Shown here one piece after another: positions 36,807 to 45,083 of a stretch of 64,000 bases of DNA. Source of the DNA: a virus; IMG/VR virus record IMGVR_UViG_3300020202_000062, positions 1-64,000 of that record; one strand, given 5' to 3'. Below the pieces are notes generated by a model. That model did no database searches. It had not been told where the DNA came from and saw only the letters and a program-made list of their open reading frames with translations. Every line of letters begins with the position of its first letter. The stretch's first letter is position 1. The position numbers and the translations under genes were made by a program.

Positions 36807-37028
36807 ATGGCTGACAAACTAACCAAGGCCCAGAAGAGCGTCGATGGCGCTCTTTCTTCATTCCGCAAGGCTCACGCTGCACTAGAGAAGGCAGAGGCTT
36901 CACTCGATACTGAGGCCGAGAAGATCGCTGCCCAGATCGCAGACCTTCAGGCCAAGGCAGAGGCTGCTCAGGCACAGAAGGAGCGCACTGCTGCCGTCAA
37001 GGAAAAGATTGCGGAGTTCGTAGTCTAG
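36807..37028 (+). CDS. Ala-rich coiled-coil protein
   Basis: AAGGA SD. Confidence 0.75.
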   Translation: MADKLTKAQKSVDGALSSFRKAHAALEKAEASLDTEAEKIAAQIADLQAKAEAAQAQKERTAAVKEKIAEFVV

Positions 37029-37453
37029 TGCCACAACCATCTATCGATATCGGTGGATGGGAACACGTCGGAAACTGTTACGTAGACGCGGGTCTCATTT
37101 GGATAGGAGACCCGTGCTACGTAATGGGCGACGATGCATCCAGCCGCGTAACTGACTGGTCAGAGTTTTGTGACAAATTGTTTGCTTGTGAAGTGGACAA
37201 CGTCGCAAAACCTCTAGGCGAAGGCACTGGCATTACAGTCGGTTCTGGGTATGGTGATGGCGAATATGCTGTCTATGTCCAGCGCAGCGACGGACGTATC
37301 GCACGTGCAATGATTGAGTTCATTGGTATGGACGACTACTACCTAGAGGACGACGAAGATCCTGAATGGGATCATGCTAAATGCGGAGAGTGTGGTGACT
37401 ACCTGGATGAGGTAGGATACTGCCCTAACTGCGAGCCAGAAGAACAATTCTAG
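37028..37453 (+). CDS. DUF4241-like hypothetical protein
   Basis: VDAG.IWIGDPCY, SGYGDG.Y.V. Confidence 0.65.
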   Translation: MPQPSIDIGGWEHVGNCYVDAGLIWIGDPCYVMGDDASSRVTDWSEFCDKLFACEVDNVAKPLGEGTGITVGSGYGDGEYAVYVQRSDGRIARAMIEFIGMDDYYLEDDEDPEWDHAKCGECGDYLDEVGYCPNCEPEEQF

Positions 37454-37458
37454 TTCTC

Positions 37459-37529
37459 GTCTCCGTAGTATAGAGGTAGAACAGATCTCTCCTAAAGATC
37501 AGGCCTGGGTTCGACTCCCAGCGGAGATG
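37459..37529 (+). tRNA. tRNA-Arg(CCT)
   Basis: GATCT-CTCCTAA-AGATC. Confidence 0.9.
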
Positions 37530-37531
37530 CT

Positions 37532-37741
37532 ATGATAAAATGTGACTGGAACGGCCACCACGACAAGGGATATGATCCCGACACCCTTTGTCATGGTCAA
37601 TCTATATTTGAATTGATCGATCCACCCATGACATATCAAATCTGTATAGATCACGCAGAAGCCGCCGAAAGGTATGTGGAACGTTCTGGTGGTAGATCCC
37701 GCATCGATAGCAAGCCTCAGTGTAGACGTGCAAAAGCCTAG
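37532..37741 (+). CDS. hypothetical protein
   Basis: ATG 3 nt after the tRNA discriminator. Confidence 0.55.
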   Translation: MIKCDWNGHHDKGYDPDTLCHGQSIFELIDPPMTYQICIDHAEAAERYVERSGGRSRIDSKPQCRRAKA

Positions 37742-38163
37742 AAGTCTTTCAGATCTAATGAATGAGAGAGAAGAACTAGAGTGCTGCCTGCATTGTCAGG
37801 AAAACATCCTTGAGTTCTTCCGCCGAAACCCTACTTTCCTTGAGTATTTGATTACCGAGTGTGAGACATGAAAACCGTAGGCTACGATTGTACTTATTGT
37901 GGACTATTCATCCCTTCACTGGACGTACATTGTCCTCATGATGAAGAGTGTCCGAACCACGACTGGTGTCAATGTGACAACTATGCCCATTCTGAATGTT
38001 GCCCCGAGTGCATATGAGGATACTAGAAGGCATTAGATACTGCTCTATCTATGGCGGCATCGTGGAATGGGAAGAGGGCGAAGAAGCAGGCTGTCACTGG
38101 TGTGGCCCTGATACTTTCTTTGATCAGAATCATTCTGAAGTAGCAGTCCTAGAGTAACACCCC

Positions 38164-38235
38164 GCCTCCTTAGTATAATGGCTATTACAGTTGCCTTGTA
38201 AGCTCCAGATCTCAGTTCGATTCTGGGAGGAGGCT
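38164..38235 (+). tRNA. tRNA-Thr(TGT), two mismatches in anticodon stem
   Basis: GCCTCCT/AGGAGGC; CTTGTAA loop. Confidence 0.8.
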
Positions 38236-38258
38236 CTCCCTAGTAAGAGAAAGATAGT

Positions 38259-38543
38259 ATGCAAATACTTGTTGTTGAAGACAAGCACGACACTTCTTAT
38301 TATGCGGCTGATACTGAAGAACACCTTTATGCTGCGGCCCTTAAGATAGTTAAAGAACGTTATAGCGATGGATGGTATTACTCTATGGGGGACGAAGTAG
38401 CATGGCTGCATAAAGCTCTTGATGGAAATAATCCACAAGAGTGTGGCATGGCTGCTTGGAGACTCCTCAAGGCTCGCAGGGATTATGAATATGAGAGATG
38501 TTATCTAGATGACGTATTCGTGGTGGAACCCGCAAATGTCTAG
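38259..38543 (+). CDS. hypothetical protein
   Basis: 94 aa ORF. Confidence 0.7.
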   Translation: MQILVVEDKHDTSYYAADTEEHLYAAALKIVKERYSDGWYYSMGDEVAWLHKALDGNNPQECGMAAWRLLKARRDYEYERCYLDDVFVVEPANV

Positions 38544-38728
38544 GCGATCCAAGCGCAAGGCAGCAGAGAGAGCAGCAAGAGAGTGGGATAGGGAATACGA
38601 GAAGTGGTGGATGGAGCAGTTTGCTCAAGGCTACTCTCTCGGTCCTAGCATTCCCAAAGAACAGCAGATTGCAGAAGTGAATGCGATTGCTGTAGAGATT
38701 TTCGGCGGAAGATACTATTGCATCGGAG

Positions 38729-38965
38729 ATGACGTTGAGTTCACGCTTAGTTCCTAACGAACCCACGTATGATGAAGTCCCAGTAGACATCTATGACCAA
38801 CTAGAAGACATAGATAACGCTCCTTATTTTGACGAAGACGGAGATTTGATCTACTATCCATATGAAGACGATTACAACGAGTACTTCTCGTACGATGACG
38901 ATGAGTACCTGGGCGCTGAGGATGACTATCCTTACGACTGGGTCGATCCATATGGAGATACATAA
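38729..38965 (+). CDS. very acidic Asp/Tyr-rich small protein
   Basis: GGAG upstream; composition. Confidence 0.6.
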   Translation: MTLSSRLVPNEPTYDEVPVDIYDQLEDIDNAPYFDEDGDLIYYPYEDDYNEYFSYDDDEYLGAEDDYPYDWVDPYGDT

Positions 38966-38968
38966 CTA

Positions 38969-39343
38969 ATGGCATTCCTGGTTAGACTAGAAAAAGAAGA
39001 TGCAGAGTGGCTCGCCAATCTAATGGCGACAGGTATTGAAAAAGCCAGTCGGCTAGAGGGCGGTTGGGCCAACCACATCGAACGACTCTTGGCTATCCAG
39101 ACTGCATTAGAAGAGAAAGATAAGGCAGATCATCAACCTGGCGATAAGGTTGAGCGAACTCGCCGGACTAAAGAGGAGATCGAGGCAGAGAAGCGACAGG
39201 CACTCTGCCCCGATCATCCTAAGAACCAACTCAAGAAGCGCCCTAGCACGGATTGTGATGGATGCTGGAGTGCCTACGAGCGCCTAGAGCCTATGAAGTA
39301 TGAGGCCGCACGCAGATCCTACGAGGCTTCAAAGAGGAAATGA
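38969..39343 (+). CDS. hypothetical protein
   Basis: CPDH, CDGC. Confidence 0.7.
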   Translation: MAFLVRLEKEDAEWLANLMATGIEKASRLEGGWANHIERLLAIQTALEEKDKADHQPGDKVERTRRTKEEIEAEKRQALCPDHPKNQLKKRPSTDCDGCWSAYERLEPMKYEAARRSYEASKRK

Positions 39344-39615
39344 TGAAGAACTATATCGTAGATGAAGAATCCAGGAAATGGATCGAAAGCAACTACGGTA
39401 AGGGCTGCGAATATGCCTCTCCTGCCTATAGGGACAGTGCTCCTTACCTATTGGAGCGGGTTAAACAAGATCCCTATGGATACGGTCACGTCGGAATGCG
39501 GATGTGGTATGACACTCTACCCGGTAGCCAGAGTCAATGGAAATTGCTTTACGACGGCGGAACTGATACTATCATAGAGCCTTTCGATATTAAATTACAG
39601 TGTAGGCGTAAGTAA
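39340..39615 (+). CDS. hypothetical protein (CxRK-ending family)
   Basis: Similar to 6707..6967. Confidence 0.65.
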   Translation: MMKNYIVDEESRKWIESNYGKGCEYASPAYRDSAPYLLERVKQDPYGYGHVGMRMWYDTLPGSQSQWKLLYDGGTDTIIEPFDIKLQCRRK

Positions 39616-39620
39616 GTTCT

Positions 39621-39696
39621 GCGGCATTGGTGTTAATGGTTAGCATGTCAGTCTTCCAAACTGAAGGTAGGGGTTCGAATCCCCTATGCCGCTCCA
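39621..39696 (+). tRNA. tRNA-Gly(TCC)
   Basis: TCAGT-CTTCCAA-ACTGA; U73; CCA. Confidence 0.95.
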
Positions 39697-39709
39697 AAGG
39701 AACAGGTTT

Positions 39710-40057
39710 GTGAATAATATAGTAGAATTAAAGGACACTCTTAGAGAGTGTCTTTCTTTTTGCCCGGACGACTACAGGGGTCCTGTATCCTTACATTCGA
39801 AGCCCGATGGTGCGAGTCTGTTTATCGTTTGGAATGGCGCATACTTTCCCACTATGAACCTACGCAGGGGTGTCTGTGGCTGGATTAGATCATATGATCT
39901 CTCCAATAATATCTGGAATCTCATCGGTCTCTATGACGAGAAGACTGGCCTTGTCAAGTGGACGGATAGCCAAGGTTATGTATATGGTTCTGTAGACGCA
40001 TTCCACAACATGGTATTCGGTAAGGGTAGACTGTCATGCAAGAGGAAAGTAAGTTAG
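39710..40057 (+). CDS. hypothetical protein (ends CKRKVS)
   Basis: GTG start after the tRNA. Confidence 0.6.
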   Translation: MNNIVELKDTLRECLSFCPDDYRGPVSLHSKPDGASLFIVWNGAYFPTMNLRRGVCGWIRSYDLSNNIWNLIGLYDEKTGLVKWTDSQGYVYGSVDAFHNMVFGKGRLSCKRKVS

Positions 40058-40731
40058 TTAAGTATCCTCGTACCATGCACCTACCGTGGTCTCCTGGCTT
40101 ACAAAACGATGACAGAGTGATAGAAGATCTGTCAGTCCTAGAATCTTGTGACGATGTAGTAGTCACAGAGAAGATGGATGGAGAGAATACTACTCTCTAT
40201 TGCGATACGGCTCATGCTAGGTCTTTGACGAGCGGCCCGCATCCATCTCGCGCCAAAGTCAAAGAACTCTGGCAAAGTCTCCGTTGGGATATTCCCCCAG
40301 GTATGCGTATCTGTGGTGAGAATATGTACGCAAAGCATTCAATCTATTATGACAGCCTCAGATCCTACTTCCTCGTCTTCAATATCTGGCTCGGAGATGT
40401 ATGTCTCTCCTGGGAAGATACAATTCTCTGGTGTGGACTTCTCGGACTCGATACAGTCCCTGTCCTATACCGTGGCAAATGGAACGAATCAGTCTGGTCC
40501 GATCCATATCATGCCGAGCGGTGGATTCGTCAAGGGCGAGATGATCATGACGGTGGCTCCGAGCGGGAAGGATTTGTTGTCCGACTGGCTGAAGAAATAC
40601 GGCTTGACGACTTCGGAAGAAGTGTGGCCAAGTATGTACGCAAAGGTCACGTACAAACAGACGAACACTGGATGTCGCAGGAAATCACGCCAAATAAACT
40701 AAGTGCGAACGTAGATAAAGATATCTACTAA
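40036..40731 (+). CDS. RNA ligase (ATP-dependent, Rnl2-like family)
   Basis: KYPRT.HLPWS, TEKMDGEN, GEN.YA.HSI.Y, EG.VVR, KYVR. Confidence 0.9.
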   Translation: MQEESKLVKYPRTMHLPWSPGLQNDDRVIEDLSVLESCDDVVVTEKMDGENTTLYCDTAHARSLTSGPHPSRAKVKELWQSLRWDIPPGMRICGENMYAKHSIYYDSLRSYFLVFNIWLGDVCLSWEDTILWCGLLGLDTVPVLYRGKWNESVWSDPYHAERWIRQGRDDHDGGSEREGFVVRLAEEIRLDDFGRSVAKYVRKGHVQTDEHWMSQEITPNKLSANVDKDIY

Positions 40732-40762
40732 TCCTACATAAACCTATCAAGGCGGTGATGAT

Positions 40763-41026
40763 ATGGAATTTGTAGGAACTTTTGGTGTTGATGACTATAG
40801 CGCACGTACTATCGAGGAACGTTTTGAGATCGATGGCTGGTTACAGTTCCATGGTATCCTGCCACTCAAAGTGCAGAGTATTCGCATCGAAGATAACCAC
40901 ATTATAGTCAACGAATATTACTTGTCATCTGAGAATAAGATGATGTACGATCGTAAGACTAAAGAAGTCGCTACTACTGAGCGTATGTATCGACTTAAGA
41001 AGGACCCTCCATTCTGGAAGGAATGA
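40763..41026 (+). CDS. hypothetical protein
   Basis: 87 aa ORF. Confidence 0.6.
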   Translation: MEFVGTFGVDDYSARTIEERFEIDGWLQFHGILPLKVQSIRIEDNHIIVNEYYLSSENKMMYDRKTKEVATTERMYRLKKDPPFWKE

Positions 41027-41185
41027 TATGTTCAAGTGTTCTGCATTGGGTCATAATTGGGTACCATTATGGTCAGGTATGGGTAGGCGTGGATGCTTGA
41101 GGTGCGGTAAGATATCTGAGGAGATCCCTAATGCACAGAAAAAACGCAAGTAACCAATCGCAGGGATCGATTTAATCCCACTCAT

Positions 41186-41260
41186 TCCGGGGTAGTTCAG
41201 TGGTAGAACGGGTGACTGTTAATCACCATGTGGGGGGTTCGATTCCTCCCCCTGGAGCCA
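41186..41260 (+). tRNA. tRNA-Asn(GTT)
   Basis: GGTGA-CTGTTAA-TCACC; GCCA. Confidence 0.95.
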
Positions 41261-41277
41261 AGTAGAATAGGATAGGT

Positions 41278-41460
41278 ATGTCTGCTAGAATCCATGTTTT
41301 CTGTAAGAAGCATAGCTGTTATATCGTTACCCATGAAGGACAGTTGAACATCAAACATCCGTTTGACCTACAGGACAGACGAGATATGTGGTGTCCTTAC
41401 TCTACCGAAAAGAACATGTGCGCCAACGATCCAAACGATTGGCGATTCATAATTACATAG
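41278..41460 (+). CDS. hypothetical protein
   Basis: AGGA SD. Confidence 0.55.
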   Translation: MSARIHVFCKKHSCYIVTHEGQLNIKHPFDLQDRRDMWCPYSTEKNMCANDPNDWRFIIT

Positions 41461-41465
41461 ATCAA

Positions 41466-41540
41466 GGTCCAGTGGTGAACTGGCGTATATCACACTAGTC
41501 TGTCGAACTAGAGTAGGGGGATCGATACCCCTCTGGACCG
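41466..41540 (+). tRNA. tRNA-Asp(GTC)
   Basis: CTAGT-CTGTCGA-ACTAG; atypical T loop ATCGATA. Confidence 0.88.
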
Positions 41541-41604
41541 CTTGGTATTGGAAGCATTAAGCGTCTTCCGACTCGAAACGGAATCTTATCCAATACCATA
41601 TCAA

Positions 41605-41679
41605 GCGGGTGTATCTCGGCGGTTAGAGCAACTGAATTTTAATCAGTTGGTCGGGGGTTCAAATCCCTTACGTATCGCG
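41605..41679 (+). pseudogene. degenerate tRNA-Lys(TTT)
   Basis: Good anticodon and T arms; mispaired acceptor stem. Confidence 0.55.
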
Positions 41680-41809
41680 CGAGGTGGCTTATGTTTATGA
41701 GAAACTTACGAATGTGGTTTTATGAAACTCTCATAGTTTGGGCATTCAAGAAACTTGGCTCTGATCAGTACATAAACTACAAAGAAAAAGTAAAGATCAC
41801 TAAAATCTA

Positions 41810-41885
41810 GCACGTGTAGCTCAGTGGCTAGAGCAGACGGCTCTTAACCGTAAGGTCGCGGGTTCGAATCCCTCCACGTGTACCA
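41810..41885 (+). tRNA. tRNA-Lys(CTT)
   Basis: CTCTTAA loop; ACCA. Confidence 0.92.
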
Positions 41886-41901
41886 AAAGAACAGGAAAAC
41901 C

Positions 41902-42420
41902 ATGTCGCAACTATACGATCCCACAAGAATCGACCTGAAATTAGATCCGTTCGAGATGCGGATGACAGGTACAGCAAGGCACGGAATGGTGCCCTTCGAT
42001 GTACCTTACATCTCAGAGATCGCAGACAATCTATTCCAGGGCGGATGTGCTAACGATCTACTACTGCCTGAGAACATCAAGCATGTAGTGTCGCTGTACA
42101 AATGGGAAGCATATTCCTGCGAACATGAGTTAGATTCTGTAACTGTCGTTACTATGTACGATTCAACGTCCACACCAATCAATAGAGATCAGGTTGTGGC
42201 ACTGGCAAACTGGGTGAATGTCTGTCGTAAGACTGGACCTACCTTAGTTCATTGTCAGGCTGGTTTGAATAGGTCTTCTTTGGTCGCGGCGCTTGCCCTG
42301 ATCTTGGGGGATGGTTTGACTCCTGAGGAAGCAATTGCTACCCTCAAGGAGAGGAGATCACCTGCTTGCTTATGCAATCATGTGTTCACTGAATGGCTAC
42401 TTGAAGAGAAGTATAAGTAG
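41902..42420 (+). CDS. dual-specificity/tyrosine protein phosphatase
   Basis: LVHCQAGLNRS (HCx5R). Confidence 0.9.
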   Translation: MSQLYDPTRIDLKLDPFEMRMTGTARHGMVPFDVPYISEIADNLFQGGCANDLLLPENIKHVVSLYKWEAYSCEHELDSVTVVTMYDSTSTPINRDQVVALANWVNVCRKTGPTLVHCQAGLNRSSLVAALALILGDGLTPEEAIATLKERRSPACLCNHVFTEWLLEEKYK

Positions 42421-42427
42421 TCAACAC

Positions 42428-42501
42428 GGGCTTGTAGTTCCAATTGGCAGAACAGCTCCTTTGCACGGAGAAGGTTGGGGGTTCGAATCCCCCCTGGTCC
42501 A
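42428..42501 (+). tRNA. tRNA-Ala(TGC)
   Basis: TTTGCAC loop; G3:U70. Confidence 0.92.
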
Positions 42502-42565
42502 CGGGGTAGTAGTCGATGAAAGCAGAGCGTACGGCTGCATGAGGTTGCTATACCCAGTATTTCTT

Positions 42566-42621
42566 GGGCTAGTCGCATTGGTAAATACTAGTTGTTGCGG
42601 GTTCGAATCCCGTCTAGTCCA
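42566..42621 (+). ncRNA. anticodon-less tRNA-Ala-like RNA
   Basis: GGGCTAG/CTAGTCC-A (G3:U70); T arm GCGGG-TTCGAAT-CCCGT; only 24 nt between. Confidence 0.65.
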
Positions 42622-42622
42622 C

Positions 42623-42772
42623 TGTGGTGCCTTTAGGTTGGAGTCACACAAGATTAACCGAAGCACAATTGCATGGTAAAGTGACCTGTAAATCATGCAG
42701 CCACACAATACGGGTCGATAAAGTTGCGGCTGAGATCGACAGTTGGCGGAGTCCGCAAAACTCACGGTCAAC
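42623..42772 (+). ncRNA. candidate structured RNA with two kissing-loop modules
   Basis: Hairpin loops GTCAC/GTGAC and TTGCGG/CCGCAA are complementary. Confidence 0.55.
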
Positions 42773-42777
42773 AACAT

Positions 42778-42849
42778 GGTCTATTCGTCTAGTGGTTAAG
42801 ACGCCAGATTCTCAATCTGGAAACGGGGTTTCGACTACCCCATAGACTG
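42778..42849 (+). tRNA. tRNA-Glu(CTC)
   Basis: CCAGA-TTCTCAA-TCTGG. Confidence 0.92.
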
Positions 42850-42852
42850 CTT

Positions 42853-42963
42853 ATGGAAGAATATGAATGCGATCAAGAATGTGCCGTCCACTTTGATGGG
42901 TGTGACGGCTTTTGTGATCATCTCGACGGTCACGTAAACGGATGCTGGAGAAAAAGTGACTAA
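42853..42963 (+). CDS. 36-aa Cys/His-rich peptide
   Basis: ATG 4 nt after the tRNA discriminator. Confidence 0.45.
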   Translation: MEEYECDQECAVHFDGCDGFCDHLDGHVNGCWRKSD

Positions 42964-43106
42964 GGGTACTGGCAACAAGACAGAGATGTCGATAAACTGG
43001 GACTACTCAGAAAAAGCAAAGCGATGCCCAAAGGCATACAAGATCGTGAAGGGTCAATACCTTCGCGGTGGCCGCGGGGTAAAGAACATCTTCGGAAAGT
43101 AATACA

Positions 43107-43895
43107 ATGCGAATCATGATGGCAGGCGACACACATAGCAACTTTGAGCAGTGGGAGTACCTATTCCCCATCGCTAAGGACCTTAACGTTGATGTCATCA
43201 TGCAACTCGGAGACTTTGGATACTGGGCGCACACCAAGGGTGGACTTAACCACCTTGATGCTCTACACGATCTTGCTGTAGAGTACGATATCCCAATCTA
43301 CTGGCTGGATGGCAACCACGAGAACCATGTGCACCTACGGGTGAACAGGATCGCAGTATGGAATATGTTCTGTCTTATGGCAGGCGTAGATCCTGGGCCA
43401 TTCGTCCCGATCCGCGGCACGCATATTGTGCACACGCCGCGGGGTGCAACCTGGGAGTGGGACGGCGTTAAGTTCCTAGCAGTTGGCGGTGCGTTCAGTA
43501 TCGACAGAGGCTGGAGAGATGTTGGGGAGTCCTTCTGGTTTGAAGAGGAACTCACTGACGCTGAAGCAGACTATGCTTCTAGAGTTGGGAAGGTCGATGT
43601 GCTGGTGTCACACGACGTTCCGATGGGCACGGATATGGCGTACATGTTCATCCGACAGGGTAGGTCGTACAGACCTATTCCGCAGGCTGAACCTAACCGC
43701 CGACGCTTGAGGCAGGTGGTCGAGGCCACGAAGCCTAACTACATATACCATGGCCATTACCATATCTGCTATAAGAACTACCTCGAACTTAATAGCGGAC
43801 ACACCATTGTCGTCATGGGCCTCGGTGCTGATGGGATGGAACAGGATTCCTGGACTATTCTTGACACTGAGGACTTGACAAATCCGGTTGGATAG
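43107..43895 (+). CDS. calcineurin-like metallophosphoesterase
   Basis: GDTH, GDFG, DGNHE, SHD, HGHYH. Confidence 0.92.
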   Translation: MRIMMAGDTHSNFEQWEYLFPIAKDLNVDVIMQLGDFGYWAHTKGGLNHLDALHDLAVEYDIPIYWLDGNHENHVHLRVNRIAVWNMFCLMAGVDPGPFVPIRGTHIVHTPRGATWEWDGVKFLAVGGAFSIDRGWRDVGESFWFEEELTDAEADYASRVGKVDVLVSHDVPMGTDMAYMFIRQGRSYRPIPQAEPNRRRLRQVVEATKPNYIYHGHYHICYKNYLELNSGHTIVVMGLGADGMEQDSWTILDTEDLTNPVG

Positions 43896-43903
43896 TTTAC
43901 TAT
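43875..43903 (+). promoter_or_regulatory. sigma70/SigA-type promoter
   Basis: TTGACA-N17-TACTAT upstream of the Pth-like gene. Confidence 0.75.
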
Positions 43904-43935
43904 CAATAGACCGATGAGAAAAGGAAACACAAGAA

Positions 43936-44277
43936 ATGGAAAACACGTAGATTTCTAAACTGTATGTCATCACAAGATCAGACTTCAGTTGCGGCTATCA
44001 AGTAGCACAGTCTGTTCACGGTGGCATGGCATGGGCTATGGAAAAGTCCCATTTGCTAGATGAATGGTCAGGGACTGTAGTCTGTGTAACAGTAGAGTCT
44101 GAAGCCGATCTATATTGGTGGGCTTCTGAACTCGAATTACGTGGTCAAGAGGTATCCATTTTTAGAGAGCCAGACATTGGTGATCAACTAAGTTGCATTG
44201 CTGTTCTTCTGAATCAGGAGCAGGCACAGTGGCTTTGTAGGTTGCCCTTGGCTGGCTCTTGTGGTTTACCACCATAG
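43936..44277 (+). CDS. Pth2-like peptidyl-tRNA hydrolase with in-frame TAG at codon 5
   Basis: MENT*ISKLYVITRSDFSCGYQVAQSVHG...TVVCV...FREPDIGDQLSCIA...LPLA; AAGGA SD. Confidence 0.8.
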
Positions 44278-44306
44278 GTATCGTCTCCGAAAGGAGGTGA
44301 TACAGT

Positions 44307-44600
44307 ATGACTGAAATGGAACTTAAGGCTGAAGTAGCATCACTCCGAAATGAGTTAGCAACACTTCGTGACCTGATTGCAGGCGGCGATCTAGCGTCTG
44401 GCGTAAACCGCCTAGCACAAAAGATCGAACGTCAGCGTCAGGCTCTTGATAGACTGCACACCCGTGTGGTCAATCAGCGTTTCCACCTTCGCACTCTCGA
44501 TGAGTTAGGCCGCGGTCTAACCAAGGATGAGTACGAAACGGCTCGTGCAGCAGTGACTAACGAGCAGGTTAAGGATCGTCTAGTAGGCGTCATCGCTTAA
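44307..44600 (+). CDS. coiled-coil hypothetical protein
   Basis: AAGGAGGTGAT SD. Confidence 0.8.
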   Translation: MTEMELKAEVASLRNELATLRDLIAGGDLASGVNRLAQKIERQRQALDRLHTRVVNQRFHLRTLDELGRGLTKDEYETARAAVTNEQVKDRLVGVIA

Positions 44601-44662
44601 CCAATAGTGCCAGGTCAGACAGATCTAACGTAAAGTCGAGAATTGTAACTGCTGGCACTCTC

Positions 44663-44762
44663 GCCCCGGTAGCTTAACGGTAAAGCAGCGGATAAAGAGA
44701 CTCAGTATCTCACGGTTTGGGTCTCTCCGTCGATGGTGGTTCGAATCCACCCTGGGGCACCA
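44663..44762 (+). ncRNA. tRNA-like RNA with a long hairpin replacing the anticodon loop
   Basis: Intact acceptor, D and T arms and ACCA; insert GAGACTCAG/TTGGGTCTC. Confidence 0.75.
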
Positions 44763-44763
44763 T

Positions 44764-44831
44764 GGAAGAAATAGTGTAACCCGGTAGCACAGGCGACGGC
44801 CAGGCGAGGTTCGAATCCTCATCTTCCACCA
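44764..44831 (+). ncRNA. tRNA-like RNA with truncated anticodon arm
   Basis: GGAAGA/TCTTCC-ACCA; D arm; GGC-GACG-GCC; T arm. Confidence 0.7.
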
Positions 44832-44832
44832 C

Positions 44833-44939
44833 GCCCCGATAGCTTAGTGGGAAAGCCTCTTTCTGGATCCTGTGAGGCTAGCAGGGAAAGGTTAGAGTAG
44901 CGCGCAAACACGGAGGTTCGATTCCTCCTCGGGGTACCA
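44833..44939 (+). ncRNA. tRNA-like RNA with expanded anticodon/variable region
   Basis: GCCCCGA/TCGGGGT-ACCA; D and T arms intact; ~45-nt insert. Confidence 0.75.
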
Positions 44940-44940
44940 A

Positions 44941-45082
44941 GAGCCTGTAGTGCACGCCGAAGCGTGACGTAACATGAGTAGCCATACGAATCCTAGGCCA
45001 CCCTTATGGCGAGGGGTGTTACGGTAGTGGGAGCACGACCGCCAGAAAGCGGTTAGGATGGGTTCGAATCCCATCAGGTTCA
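44941..45082 (+). ncRNA. tRNA-like RNA with structured D-loop insert
   Basis: GAGCCTG/CAGGTTC-A; GTGC/GCAC D stem enclosing ~80 nt; 6-nt anticodon loop. Confidence 0.7.
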
Positions 45083-45083
45083 C

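Noticed and set aside
42504-42555. Hammerhead ribozyme
   Set aside because: The CUGAUGA and GAAA core elements are not arranged around three stems
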